From NCBI GenBank assembly GCA_963662465.1, contig OY759599.1:7136001-7200000 (forward strand): 64,000 nucleotides of DNA, given 5' to 3'. How positions within the stretch are numbered: position 1 is the first letter of the stretch; the number at the start of each line of letters is the position of its first letter. The position numbers and the translations under genes are program-made. The DNA comes from Desulfatiglandales bacterium (GTDB lineage Bacteria > Desulfobacterota > DSM-4660 > Desulfatiglandales > Desulfatiglandaceae). A model generated the notes under the pieces. It saw nothing but the letters and a program-made list of their open reading frames with translations. It was not told the origin of the DNA and searched no databases. Of the stretch, positions 10,036-20,495 are shown in pieces.

Positions 10036-13000
10036 TACTGTTCTTTCCTTGTTGCCGGTTCTTTATTTAGACGGCTAACGGTGGCGTCAAATTTCTCGGC
10101 GATGAGAAGTTCATACTCCGTTCCAAAAAACTTGCGGTTTCCCTGCAAACTCCATTTGATGCTTTCCCAGTAGTTTTTCAACTCCTGGGCGTCGAGGATG
10201 TTTTCAAGGATAGCTTCGATCTCTGAAAGTTTTTCCCGTTTCAGGGCATTTTTTCGCATTTCATAAAGGTCGTTTAAGCGGTGTTCCTGTTCACGGGAAA
10301 AACCGATGTCCCTGGATCTTTCAAGCAGGTCGTTCAACAGATTGTAAAGGTCTTCAAAATCTTTGACCAGGTCCATTTGGCTTTGGGTTCGGTCGAGCAT
10401 CATATCGGTGATTTCCGTCATTCTTCTTTCAAAGGCCTTTTCAAGCAGAATCTCGTAATCCTCGGTAAAAAAGGGGTATTTTCTCAGGGACCCCAGGCTG
10501 TAGTGAAAGTATATTTTGAGCTGTTCCAAGTCGTTGATGGATGACATGTGGTCAATTTTCCGAGTGATGGAAACGCGGTTTTGGAAAATGACGGACAGAA
10601 CATTGGGATAGTGTTCTTTTTTGAGAAGAATGCCGGTTTGAGCGCCGAAAAGATGGCTTAGTTGTGAATCGTCTTCCCAGAGTTCCAGCGATGGAATGCC
10701 ATCAAGGCAATCGTTGATGGCTTCGTAGCGTTGTTCGACGGTTTCACTCATGGGCATGAAGTTGAGCGAGATGGGGGCATCGTTTTTTCTGATTTTTCGA
10801 GTGCCTGATAGACCCACCAGCAGTAGTTTGATTTGGTTCTTGTAACTCAAATAGCTGCTGACTTTCTCGTACCCGTAGATACGGACTTTGTCCCCGATCA
10901 ACTCCTCCAGCATGAAATGTCGGATGTCTTCCCGCATGGATTGCAGTGTTTTGTAAATGCGAAAGGCCTCATAAACCTCTTTTTCAAAGGTGGCAAGCCC
11001 CACATTATGAAATTTTCTCTTTTTGTGAATGTATTTCAAGGGGATTTTTATGATGAGTCCGGCCAGATCCCGAAACTCGGCATGTCGGATGCCCCGCATC
11101 CTGAAAATTCTTTCCATGGCCAGTATCATCCTGCCGGCCTGAAGCCGTTTGGACCTGTCAATGTTTCTCCATTCCTTTGAAGCCAGGTATTCGGAGGGTG
11201 TAACGCCTTTGGGCAGGCCGTTCTCCAGGTATTGCTGAATGGCGTAAAAGAGCCGTCCCCGCTTTAAGACAACCCGGTCCATTTGTTCCTGAAGGGTTGT
11301 TTTGCCATTGATGATGCCATGACATACGGCTCTTGTTTTGAAAATCCACAGGGCCAGGTCTTCCAGCATGAGGTCTTCCCTGATGGCGCTTAGCATGATA
11401 AACGTCGTGATGAGGAATGCATCGAAGAGGTCCTTGTCCCGCCTGGCCAGAATGGACGACATGGCGGAAAAGGAGATTTCTCCTTTAATGGTATGGTGAA
11501 GGGCGTCATGGTTTTTGACCAGAAAAATGAGATAGTCCGTGCTTTTTTTATTGAGTCCGTATCGGGGACCGATGTTTTCTTTTGAGAGAAAATGCGCTCC
11601 CGCGTCGGCAAGCTCGGCCGGATTGATTTCCCCTTGATATTTTTTTCGTAAGCGCGGTATTCTTCCTAGATCCTGGAATACGAATGATCGGGTTAAAGCC
11701 TCAAAGAGATCCCTGTTGATTTTGAGTCGGTCTACAATGTTTTCGAGATCTTCCAGCTGGCGCTGGCTGACGCCCATGATGCCGGTTGCCATGGGGCCGA
11801 ATTCTTTTTGGGCAAGTCGGTGTAAAAACCGCTGGTTTTGAAAATTTGCCTTGTCATGGGATACCAGGGCTTGGAATTTTCTGGTGGTAGCCATGATGTA
11901 ATCTGTTACCGGGGATGTCAAATAAAGGTTTCCGGAAAGATCAAGGTTCCGAAGGGCCGTGAATTCAGGGAGTAGGAAGTCCAATAGCGCGGGTGCGTGG
12001 TGGTAAAGAAGATGGATATCGGTGTGAAGATATTCAGGCCTGAACATCACCTTGCTGAAGTTATTTCGAAGGATTTTTCTCATTTTCCGGGTTGACTCAA
12101 ACCAGCGTCTTTGTCTTGCGGGGATTTTCAGTTTATTGCTGGGATACTTCAATACCCTGAGCTGGCTCTGGAAAAAGGTTTCCAGGTCGGCGAATATGGC
12201 CTCCAGATTTCGAAGGTCCTCCAGTGGGATTTTGGAAACAGGTTGGCCCGCAATTCTTTCGGATAGGGCATTGGCCTCTTTGATATTTTTTGAGATGTCT
12301 TTATAGGCGATTTCCAGCGCTTTCGTCTTTTCGGATATCTTGAGTTGAAAGCCGGTTCCCATGATAAATGCGGATCTGTTCTGGTTCAGCTGGTTGCTGA
12401 ATCGGTTGAGGCGTTCCAGATTTAGTTGCTGTACGTTGACGGCTACGGCTTCATGTTCTACCTTCCGGACCCTGTTTTCTATTTCATCGGGCTTTAGGTC
12501 GGCCAGAATAGGATTGAAATTGATTGATTCCCCCTTGGCTAGATTGACCGTGATCCATAGCAGTACGAATACATTCAGGCTGTCCATCCTTTCAAACAGG
12601 TGGCCGGTGCCATGAAACTCCATGCCCAGGAATTTCCGGTAGAAGGCAGGGAGGTGAAGGGGGTCCACTTTGAGATAAATCTCTTCGAATGTTTCTATGG
12701 TCTTAACGAGTTTTATGACCCTTTCGATTCGAGCCAGCTTTCCCTTGTTATAGTCTGCCAGGGCTTCTTTTTCCCTTGAGCCCTTTTTTTTGAGTTCAGG
12801 CCAGTTTTCCAGGAATTCAAAATACCCCATCATCATGAGTATTTTTCTGACAATCCTGTTCCGTATGCCCCCCATGGCGGTTGTTTTTTCTTCCAGAAGC
12901 TGGTCCCAACCCAGCTCCTGGTTTATGACAACGCGAACGGCAGATTCATAAAGTTCAAAGAGCAGGGCAAGCTGTTCACGGGGGGGTTCGGAACCCCTGG

Positions 13001-14549
13001 CGGCCTTTGTTTCCGCCATGGTCATCAAACGGCAGTAGCGGAGCATGTTGAGTGCCTGCCGCGGTTCATAGGCGCCGGCCATATCAGAGACGGGTTCAAG
13101 TGCCTTTTCGGACATTTTTCCGGAGATGATGCGTCCCAGTGGTGTATGCCCCAGTGTAATGAGAACCATTTCTTTCAGTTCATTGTGTGTAAATCCGAAA
13201 CAGGAAAGGGCTTCCAGGTTGGATAACAATCGGGTGTGGGTTCCCTCAATTTTGTCCGGATTCAGGTAGTTCCTTATTTTTTCAAGGCGTTTGATCTTGC
13301 CGGTGAGCTTGATGCAATGGTTGAGTGCGTTGAACCGTCTGTTTTTATTTTCCAGCGGTTGCCGGAGTCGATCGATGAAGACTCGGGGAAGGGAATCATA
13401 ATTCCCCTGTTTGAGAGCGTGAAGGACCCCAAGGGTCCGAATCAGAAATTCCAGGGAATCCCTGTAATCCGCCACAAGTTCCATGGCGCAGCCGGCCAGG
13501 TTGGAATCGGCTACATCCCGTTTAACGTCTTTTACAGTGGTTTCCACCTTTTTCTGCCCCAGGTAGATCAACATGTTGCTAGGTTCGTAGCCTTTGCAGA
13601 AAAACTTTTTTTCCCAGTCTTTTTTGACGCGGTCGGGGACCAGCGGTCTGAGGAATATTTTGTCGAAAAAAATGGAAAGAAGTTCGGACCAGGTTTTTTC
13701 CTGGTCCACAAGGAAAGGGGAAGCCGTTCTCTTTTTTTCCTGTTCCGTCTTGAATGTCAGTTCGGCGGTATGGTTGCTTTCGCCGGTGAAATGGTTGGCG
13801 ATAATAAAGATTTCACCTTCCTTTTTGAGCAGGTTGCAGATTTTCCACAGCATGTAAACGCTGTATTGTTCCAGTCGTTTCTTTGAAATCGTCCGTTGGC
13901 CCAAATGGCTGAATTGCTCCATGATGACGGTTTCAAAGAGATCATTGGTTAATATTACGATATCCAGGTCCGGATCTGTACTCAGGAGCTTTTCGGGAGA
14001 ATCAATGACAAAAAGATGATGGTCCTGGAAGAGGAAAGAGAGTTCGTGAAGGATCAGGTCGTCCTGGCGCGCCAGGACGCCGATTCTGTAATATTCTTTC
14101 AAATACTTTTTTCTGTGATAATCAACAATCCTTCCAATTTCGGAAACTTTGGCCTGAATATGGGCCATGGAAATGGAAATGAGGTGAACCGGGATGAGGT
14201 AGTAAGGATGTCCCAGACTGGAAAACCGGATCAGTAAGCCCATCTTCCGGTGTATTTCATTTAAATCCTTGTAATGAATACGAATGTCTTCAGGGTTGTC
14301 GAGGGTAATGCGGTTGAGCTTTTTGATTTCATCAGGATTTAGCCGATCGTAATCCTCAAAAAAACCGAAACCGTAAGCGTTTCCACCAAACCTGCTCCTC
14401 AATTGCGAGGGATGCTTGAAAGAAATATAGGTTCCCAGGGGCACCGATGCGGGATCGATCCCCAGCGTCTCAAATTGATCCGGGTCGATGAATTGAAAAG
14501 CGTCTTTTTGCCAAAGAACGCTTTTAGGAAAAGGATTGGGGGAATCCAT
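10035..14549 (-). CDS. Large hypothetical protein (1504 aa) with degenerate HD/GlnD-like helical segments
   Basis: Uninterrupted 4.5-kb ORF; segment FQDLGR...AGAHFL...LIFLVKNHD resembles a degenerate HD-domain pattern. Confidence 0.7.
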   Translation of the reverse strand: MDSPNPFPKSVLWQKDAFQFIDPDQFETLGIDPASVPLGTYISFKHPSQLRSRFGGNAYGFGFFEDYDRLNPDEIKKLNRITLDNPEDIRIHYKDLNEIHRKMGLLIRFSSLGHPYYLIPVHLISISMAHIQAKVSEIGRIVDYHRKKYLKEYYRIGVLARQDDLILHELSFLFQDHHLFVIDSPEKLLSTDPDLDIVILTNDLFETVIMEQFSHLGQRTISKKRLEQYSVYMLWKICNLLKKEGEIFIIANHFTGESNHTAELTFKTEQEKKRTASPFLVDQEKTWSELLSIFFDKIFLRPLVPDRVKKDWEKKFFCKGYEPSNMLIYLGQKKVETTVKDVKRDVADSNLAGCAMELVADYRDSLEFLIRTLGVLHALKQGNYDSLPRVFIDRLRQPLENKNRRFNALNHCIKLTGKIKRLEKIRNYLNPDKIEGTHTRLLSNLEALSCFGFTHNELKEMVLITLGHTPLGRIISGKMSEKALEPVSDMAGAYEPRQALNMLRYCRLMTMAETKAARGSEPPREQLALLFELYESAVRVVINQELGWDQLLEEKTTAMGGIRNRIVRKILMMMGYFEFLENWPELKKKGSREKEALADYNKGKLARIERVIKLVKTIETFEEIYLKVDPLHLPAFYRKFLGMEFHGTGHLFERMDSLNVFVLLWITVNLAKGESINFNPILADLKPDEIENRVRKVEHEAVAVNVQQLNLERLNRFSNQLNQNRSAFIMGTGFQLKISEKTKALEIAYKDISKNIKEANALSERIAGQPVSKIPLEDLRNLEAIFADLETFFQSQLRVLKYPSNKLKIPARQRRWFESTRKMRKILRNNFSKVMFRPEYLHTDIHLLYHHAPALLDFLLPEFTALRNLDLSGNLYLTSPVTDYIMATTRKFQALVSHDKANFQNQRFLHRLAQKEFGPMATGIMGVSQRQLEDLENIVDRLKINRDLFEALTRSFVFQDLGRIPRLRKKYQGEINPAELADAGAHFLSKENIGPRYGLNKKSTDYLIFLVKNHDALHHTIKGEISFSAMSSILARRDKDLFDAFLITTFIMLSAIREDLMLEDLALWIFKTRAVCHGIINGKTTLQEQMDRVVLKRGRLFYAIQQYLENGLPKGVTPSEYLASKEWRNIDRSKRLQAGRMILAMERIFRMRGIRHAEFRDLAGLIIKIPLKYIHKKRKFHNVGLATFEKEVYEAFRIYKTLQSMREDIRHFMLEELIGDKVRIYGYEKVSSYLSYKNQIKLLLVGLSGTRKIRKNDAPISLNFMPMSETVEQRYEAINDCLDGIPSLELWEDDSQLSHLFGAQTGILLKKEHYPNVLSVIFQNRVSITRKIDHMSSINDLEQLKIYFHYSLGSLRKYPFFTEDYEILLEKAFERRMTEITDMMLDRTQSQMDLVKDFEDLYNLLNDLLERSRDIGFSREQEHRLNDLYEMRKNALKREKLSEIEAILENILDAQELKNYWESIKWSLQGNRKFFGTEYELLIAEKFDATVSRLNKEPATRKEQ

Positions 14550-15237
14550 GATGTTGCTTCTGTTCTACGATTTTACCATTTTCCATGATATATCCGTGAT
14601 GGGCGATTTGAAGCGCTATGTTGGCGTTTTGTTCGGCTAACAACATGGCGGTTTTTTTTTCAACATTGATATCTTTAATAATTTTAAAAATTTCTTTGAT
14701 TAAAAGCGGTGCAAGTCCCAGGGAAGGTTCATCCAGAAGCAACAGCTTCGGGTGGGCCATGAGGGCTCGCCCAATGGCAAGCATTTGAAGTTCGCCGCTG
14801 CTGCAATGTTCCGCGGGGGATTTTTTTTTGGAAAACAAGGTAGGAAAATAGCGGCAAATCATCTTCAGATCTTTTTTATAGGATTTGCCCGGGCGGGTGG
14901 TTGCCCCGACCCTGAGGTTTTCCTCAACGGTCAGGGATTTAAATTCCTGTCTTCCTTCAAGGACTTGAATGATTCCTTCACGGGTAAGTGCTTCAGGGGG
15001 CGCCTCCCGTATGGATTTCCCATAATAGGAAATGCTTCCTTCCGTGACACGGGCCTTTTCGGGTTCAAGTAATCCGGAAACGGCTTTGAGCAGCGTGGTT
15101 TTTCCGGCGCCGTTGTTGCCCAGAAGCGCCGCGATTTCCCCCTTTGGGATGGTCAGTGATACGCCCTTAAGCACCCGTATGCCGCCGGAATAGACCACGC
15201 TGATATTGTCAACCTGCAAACATTCGTTATTTTCCAT
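14524..15237 (-). CDS. livF: LivF-like ABC ATPase, C-terminus apparently truncated
   Basis: GNNGAGKTT, SSGELQML, LLLDEPSLGLAP; diverges after MENGKIV. Confidence 0.85.
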   Translation of the reverse strand: MENNECLQVDNISVVYSGGIRVLKGVSLTIPKGEIAALLGNNGAGKTTLLKAVSGLLEPEKARVTEGSISYYGKSIREAPPEALTREGIIQVLEGRQEFKSLTVEENLRVGATTRPGKSYKKDLKMICRYFPTLFSKKKSPAEHCSSGELQMLAIGRALMAHPKLLLLDEPSLGLAPLLIKEIFKIIKDINVEKKTAMLLAEQNANIALQIAHHGYIMENGKIVEQKQHHGFPQSFS

Positions 15238-15265
15238 GGCCTTGAACCATCCTCGGTTGGGTTTT

Positions 15266-15292
15266 TAGCTAACAGCTAACGGCTAACAGCTT
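15266..15292. repeat. Short heptamer tandem repeat (GCTAAC[A/G])n
   Basis: tagctaacagctaacggctaacagctt; similar runs at 22436-22461 and ~19646-19668. Confidence 0.6.
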
Positions 15293-16424
15293 AAGAAAAG
15301 GGCCATTTCCTGAAGCCCGATTTGATTGCGCACCATGTGTTTATCAGACCTTTCGGTTTAAAGATGATTACCAGAACAATGGCAAGACCCAATACAAATT
15401 CATGCAGCGGCGTGGTAGCGATGCCGGTAACGGCGTGAGCGCCGGCATTCATGAAATATTCGGTGATGAAGGTCAAAATTTCGTTCAGGGAAACAATGGC
15501 CAGAGCCCCCAGGATTGAACCGGATATGCTGCCGATGCCGCCGATAAGGATGACGGCCAGCAGTTCGATGGACAACTTCAGATTGAACATTGCCGGGGTA
15601 ATGACCGTTGCATTGTAGGCAAAAAGAGCGCCGGCAACGCCCGCGAAAAAAGAGCTGATGGCAAAGGCCAGGAGTTTATGGGGGAAAACGGCAATTCCCA
15701 TGGCCTCTGCTGCCCGATTATTTTGCCGAATGGCAAGAAAAGCACGGCCGGTTTTACTTCGAATGAGGTTGGCTGCCAGCCAGGTCATGAACGTGAGGCA
15801 AATGTAGATGATGTAAAAAACGGTGAGATTCGTCCCCGGATTTAAGCCTGCAAGGGTGGGCGCCGGCACAACAAAACCTTTTGTGCCGCCAGTCAAAGAC
15901 GCCCATTGCACCAGACCATATTCGATAATAAACTGCCCGGCCAGGGTGGCTGCGGCCATATAAATAAATTTGAGGCGAATTGCGGGGAGCGCGAAAATTG
16001 TTCCCACCATGGATGCGACAATTCCCGCAATTGGTATGACAAGGAAAAAAGGAAAACCCGCCTTTGCGGCCAGAAAGGCGCTCGCATAGGCGCCAATCCC
16101 AAAAAAAGCGCCATGGCCCAATGAGAGCTGGCCGGTATATCCGGTAAGAATATTGAGGCCCACCCCGGCAATGGCATAAATTCCGATCATGCTAAGGATG
16201 TGAAGAACATAATTGCTGTTGAAAAATGGCGCCAGGGCGAAGAGACACAAAATGCCGAAAATCATAAATCGCCGGCTAAAATCTGTTTGAAAGAGTTTCA
16301 GGTCTTTCTGGTAGCTGACCTTGAAATTCCCGCATGAATGAAACGGAGGTGGGAATGGTTTCGATCCTTCTGTTCGTTTGATGTGTCGCATGCGATCATA
16401 CCCTTTCGATTTTTGCCTGACCAA
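15291..16424 (-). CDS. livM: LivM-like ABC permease (start uncertain)
   Basis: GLNILTGYTGQLSLGHGAFFGIGAY, SKTGRAFLAIR, IGGIGSISG. Confidence 0.88.
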   Translation of the reverse strand: MVRQKSKGYDRMRHIKRTEGSKPFPPPFHSCGNFKVSYQKDLKLFQTDFSRRFMIFGILCLFALAPFFNSNYVLHILSMIGIYAIAGVGLNILTGYTGQLSLGHGAFFGIGAYASAFLAAKAGFPFFLVIPIAGIVASMVGTIFALPAIRLKFIYMAAATLAGQFIIEYGLVQWASLTGGTKGFVVPAPTLAGLNPGTNLTVFYIIYICLTFMTWLAANLIRSKTGRAFLAIRQNNRAAEAMGIAVFPHKLLAFAISSFFAGVAGALFAYNATVITPAMFNLKLSIELLAVILIGGIGSISGSILGALAIVSLNEILTFITEYFMNAGAHAVTGIATTPLHEFVLGLAIVLVIIFKPKGLINTWCAIKSGFRKWPFS

Positions 16425-17274
16425 AGAGTCCCGAGGGTTTTAGCATAAGGATGAGGAGAAGTGCAATATAAGGTATGATATCCTGTAAAGATTGGGACAA
16501 TCCACCCGAAAAGGTTTCAAGGAGACCGATAATAATGCCGCCCAGGATGGCGCCCCCAATGCTGTTGAGCCCCCCCAGAATGACAACGGGAAAAACCTTG
16601 AGTCCCAGGGTGCTGAGCGTGTGGATATGGACGCCGTTCATCATGCTCAGCATGATGCCGCTTACGGCGCATAAAAGGGCGGCAATGGCCCATGAGAGCG
16701 CAAAGACGCGTTTTACGCGAACCCCCAGTGACTGGGCAGCTATCCGGTTTTCCGCTACGGATCTCATGGAGAGGCCCTGTGATGAGAAGGTAAAGAAAAG
16801 CCGGCAAAGAATCCAGAAGAGGAATCCCACAATGAAAACTGAAATGTGAATGGGTGTGAGGTGAAGATTGCCCCATGTAAGGGAAAGGGTTTCGGGGAGA
16901 AAAACAGGATAATGATAGGTTTCGGTCCCAAAAAGGAAGGACAGCAAACCCTTTAGCATCAGTGCCAGGCCCAGGGTTATCAGGAGGGTCTGAATCAAAT
17001 TGTGTCTTTTGAGAAGAGGCCGCACGAAGCATCGCTCAAGGATCAGTCCCAGGACGAAGCTCCCGGCCAGGGTAATCGCAAAAGACAGGATAATGGGCCA
17101 ACCCGCCCAGGTGGAAAGCATAAGGAATGCCGCCGCGCTGAAGGCAATCATCCCGCCATGTGCAAAGTTCAGCAAACAGCTGGATCTGTAGATCAAAACA
17201 AACCCGATAGCCGATATCCCGTAGAGAAATCCCAGGGAAAGGCCATTCAGCAGAAGTTGAAGAAAAAATGGCAT
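16396..17274 (-). CDS. livH: LivH-like ABC permease
   Basis: LLNGLSLG...LNFAHG, MRSVAEN..AAQSLGV, ILGGLNSIGG. Confidence 0.9.
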   Translation of the reverse strand: MPFFLQLLLNGLSLGFLYGISAIGFVLIYRSSCLLNFAHGGMIAFSAAAFLMLSTWAGWPIILSFAITLAGSFVLGLILERCFVRPLLKRHNLIQTLLITLGLALMLKGLLSFLFGTETYHYPVFLPETLSLTWGNLHLTPIHISVFIVGFLFWILCRLFFTFSSQGLSMRSVAENRIAAQSLGVRVKRVFALSWAIAALLCAVSGIMLSMMNGVHIHTLSTLGLKVFPVVILGGLNSIGGAILGGIIIGLLETFSGGLSQSLQDIIPYIALLLILMLKPSGLFGQAKIERV

Positions 17275-17309
17275 GTTTGAAAAAGCTCCCTCGCCCATAC
17301 GATAATGTC

Positions 17310-18761
17310 CTATTTTCGACCGATTATCGTCAGTTGTCCATCTTTATCAATGTGACCCAGGTCTCCGGTGTGGAGCCAGCCGTCAATCAAAACCCGGCTG
17401 GTGGCGTCGGGGTCCTGGTAATAGCCCACGAAGTTGGATTGGCTTCGAATCAGGATTTCCCGGTTTTCGTTGATTTTGATTTCAGTTCCGGGCAGCGGCT
17501 TGCCGACGGTCCCGGGTTCGACCTCTCCGTCCCGATGGAGATGAATCATGCCGCATGTCTCCGTTAGACCGTAGTAGTGTTTGAGGTTTAGCCCAAGGTT
17601 CCTGAAAAACTGAATAATATCCGAGCGGATGGGTTGTCCGCCCATGTAGGCGGCGCGAAGCCTGTGGCAGCCGATCCGATGAAGAAGGGGTCGGGATATG
17701 ATTCTTTCGAGCAGTTGGGTTTTGAGCTTCAGGCCGATGGAGACGGGTTTTTTTTTAGATTTAAGGGTGGCGATATGATTTCCCGTTTCCAAGGTCGCAT
17801 CAAAAAGGAAGCGATTGAAACGCCCTGAATCCGACATGTTGGTGATGATTTGTGATGCAAGACTTTCCCAGAATCCGGCGGATGCCGTGATGATGGTTGG
17901 ACCGATATCCACAAAATCCTCCAGCAGGGTTTCAGGTCTTTCGGGAAAGTTCGTGGTTAAACCGCCGCAAAGGGCGATACCCACTGCCCAAATATGTTCA
18001 ACCATCCAGGCCATTGGGGATATGGACACCCAGTCAGCCTGGATGCCGATGGGTTCGGTTTCGACCCACTTGGAAGCCGTGTTCGTCACATTGGCATGGC
18101 TCAGCATGACCAGTTTCGGCGGTCCCGCGGCGCCCGAGGTCCTCAGCATGATGGCGATATCTTCCGGCCTGCCGTCCCAGAGTTCTTTGATAAACAGGTC
18201 TGGTTGTTCGTTGTCCAGCTCTTCTCCCAATTCCAGGAGCTGCCTGAAACTGATTAACCAGGGGTTGTCTCGATAAAACTTCATACCGGTGGGATCTACA
18301 TATATAATTTGCTTCACATGGGAGAGATTTTCGCGATGTGTCAGAAGCTTTTCCACCTGCATTTGATTTTGGGCAAAAACGTAGGTCGCTTGTACATGGT
18401 CCAGTTCAAGCGTCAGCACCTCGGCTTTGGCTGAAGCAAAAAGCGGAAGCGCTACGGCGCCGGCCGCGTGTATGCCCAGTTCTCCAAAAAGCCATTCCGG
18501 TCCGTTATCAAGGATGAGACCGACCGTTTCTCCCCGCTCTATCCCCAATGCCATCAACCCCAGCGCCGCATGTTTGGTATGATGAAAGTATGCCGTCCAG
18601 TGTACCGTTTGCCATATGCCATAGGCTTTTTCCCGGATGGCGGTTTTCTGAGACCCGAACCGTTCAGCCTGTTTATACAGGATCTGGGGAAGGGTATATT
18701 GTCCCATGGAGGATAGAATTTCCGGGTCCATGCGCTCAATTTTAGAACTGAAATCATTCAT
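17310..18761 (-). pseudogene. Long-chain acyl-CoA ligase (AMP-binding), C-terminal domain lost
   Basis: TSGAAGPPK, YGLTE, WLHTGDLG; ends IIGRK*(TAG) followed by DIIV, i.e. a stop within the conserved GRKKDII and no C-terminal subdomain. Confidence 0.8.
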
Positions 18762-18805
18762 GTCAGGCTCAATGAAAAAGGGTGTGAATCGACGGGTTGT
18801 CGGTT

Positions 18806-19624
18806 CTATGTATCCCCGAGATAGGCTTTGACGACCTGCGGATGTTTTTGAACAAAATCGGGAGAGCCTTCCGCGATTTTGATCCCAAAATCAAAAACGA
18901 TCACTCTTTTCGAGATACTCATCACAACGGACATGTCATGTTCCACCAGTATGATCGTTTGATGCCATGTTTCATTCAGTTCCAGGAGGAACCGGAGCAT
19001 GTCGTCTTTTTCTTCAAGCGTCATTCCCATAAAGGGTTCATCCAAAATGAGGAGCTTCGGGTTTACGGCAAGGGCTCGGCCCAGATCAACCCGTTTTCGC
19101 ATGCCGATGGGGAGGTTCCCCACATGCTCTTTCCGGATGGCTTGCATGCTCAGGAAATCAATGAGTTCCTCTACGATCTCTCTCTGTCGAACTTCTTCCG
19201 CTTGCATATTTTTGGAGAATAGGCAGGCCGTCCCCACATGGTATTTAAAGTGAACATGGCGTGCCAGCATCATGTTGGTCAGTACCGTCATTTCCGGAAA
19301 AAGTTCAAGGGTTTGATATGTTCTGCCAATCCCTATTTTCGTCCGCCGATGCGGCGATAGATGCGTTATTTCCTCTCCATTCAAGGCAATACTTCCTTTC
19401 TGGGGCTTGTAGTTGCCTGAAATGCAGTTTAACAGGCTCGTTTTGCCGGCGCCGTTAGGACCGATAAGGGAAACCAGTTCTCCGTTTTGAACTGAAATAT
19501 CTATTCTGCTGAGCGCCGTAATGCCGCCGAATTTGAGGGTGAGGTCATTTATTTCCAGGTCCGCCCGTCGTGTTTCGGGGTCGGTGGAGGCGAAGAGGCT
19601 TGGGGCGCCGCGAAAGGCTTTCAT
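18806..19624 (-). CDS. livG: LivG-like ABC ATPase
   Basis: GPNGAGKTS, LILDEP, LVEHDMSVVM, VVKAYLG. Confidence 0.9.
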   Translation of the reverse strand: MKAFRGAPSLFASTDPETRRADLEINDLTLKFGGITALSRIDISVQNGELVSLIGPNGAGKTSLLNCISGNYKPQKGSIALNGEEITHLSPHRRTKIGIGRTYQTLELFPEMTVLTNMMLARHVHFKYHVGTACLFSKNMQAEEVRQREIVEELIDFLSMQAIRKEHVGNLPIGMRKRVDLGRALAVNPKLLILDEPFMGMTLEEKDDMLRFLLELNETWHQTIILVEHDMSVVMSISKRVIVFDFGIKIAEGSPDFVQKHPQVVKAYLGDT

Positions 19625-19787
19625 TGTATGATGGCTACCTTCTCTGTTAACAGATAACCGCTAACGGTCAATTCGGCGCTAGCGACGATGTGTTGAAATC
19701 TAATGCAACAGGCAAATTTTTGTCAAGAACATTTGAATCGGCAATATCGCCATTCTGTGTAATGCCTGGAAACCCGGATAAAAATGC

Positions 19788-19839
19788 TTGACACGAAAAC
19801 CAAGCGATGGTATCAGTTTATGAATGAATAGTCATTCAT
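19788..19839 (+). promoter_or_regulatory. sigma70-type promoter with a downstream FadR-type operator palindrome
   Basis: TTGACA 19788-19793, 17 bp, TATCAG 19811-19816 with extended TG; palindrome ATGAATGAATAGTCATTCAT at 19820-19839. Confidence 0.8.
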
Positions 19840-19853
19840 TAAAGGTGGAGAAT

Positions 19854-20444
19854 GTGAGCAAAAGAAAAGACAATGAGAAGTACCATAGAATTATTGAGGC
19901 GGCCACAAGAGTTTTTGCAAAAAATGGCTTTTACCAGTCAAAAATTTCCGAAATTGCAAAAGAAGCCAAAGTGGCGGATGGGACAATTTACATCTATTTT
20001 GAAAACAAGGATGATATTCTGATCTCTCTTTTTGAAGAACAGATGAAGGCTGTTTTGGACAACATGATGCTTCAGGTTTCGGAAATGGAAGATCCGGCCG
20101 CAAAACTTGAAAAGTTTGCATCAACCCATCTGGGTCTCATCGAAATGAACCAGGATATGGCGGAAATTATTCAGGTGGAGCTCCGGCAGAGCGGCAAATT
20201 CATGAAGGAATATAAGAATGAAAGATTTATAGAATATCTTGATATTATAGAAGATATTGTTAGAGATGGGCAGAAGCGGGGGCTTTTCAGAAAAGACGTG
20301 ATCCCGGGTGTTGCCAAAAGAGCATTTTTTGGCGCTTTGGACGAAGTGTCCCGGTTTTGGGTATTGTCAAGTCGTAAACAGTATGATATTAGAACCGTTG
20401 CTAAGCAGATCAGTGGTTTTTTTTTAAATGGCATAAGGGAATAA
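19854..20444 (+). CDS. fadR: TetR-family regulator, FadR(YsiA)-like
   Basis: IIEAATRVFAKNGFYQSKISEIAKEAKVADGTIYIYFENKDDILISLF; VELRQS; upstream of etfBA. Confidence 0.85.
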   Translation: MSKRKDNEKYHRIIEAATRVFAKNGFYQSKISEIAKEAKVADGTIYIYFENKDDILISLFEEQMKAVLDNMMLQVSEMEDPAAKLEKFASTHLGLIEMNQDMAEIIQVELRQSGKFMKEYKNERFIEYLDIIEDIVRDGQKRGLFRKDVIPGVAKRAFFGALDEVSRFWVLSSRKQYDIRTVAKQISGFFLNGIRE

Positions 20445-20495
20445 TAAGTTCATGCATGGCGTTAACTTGAAACAGTTGTAAGGAAGGAGGACAAA

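Noticed and set aside
17310..17312. TAG in the acyl-CoA ligase as possible pyrrolysine read-through
   Set aside because: It replaces a Lys (AAG to TAG) and similarity ends four codons later at the livH start region; this is pseudogenisation
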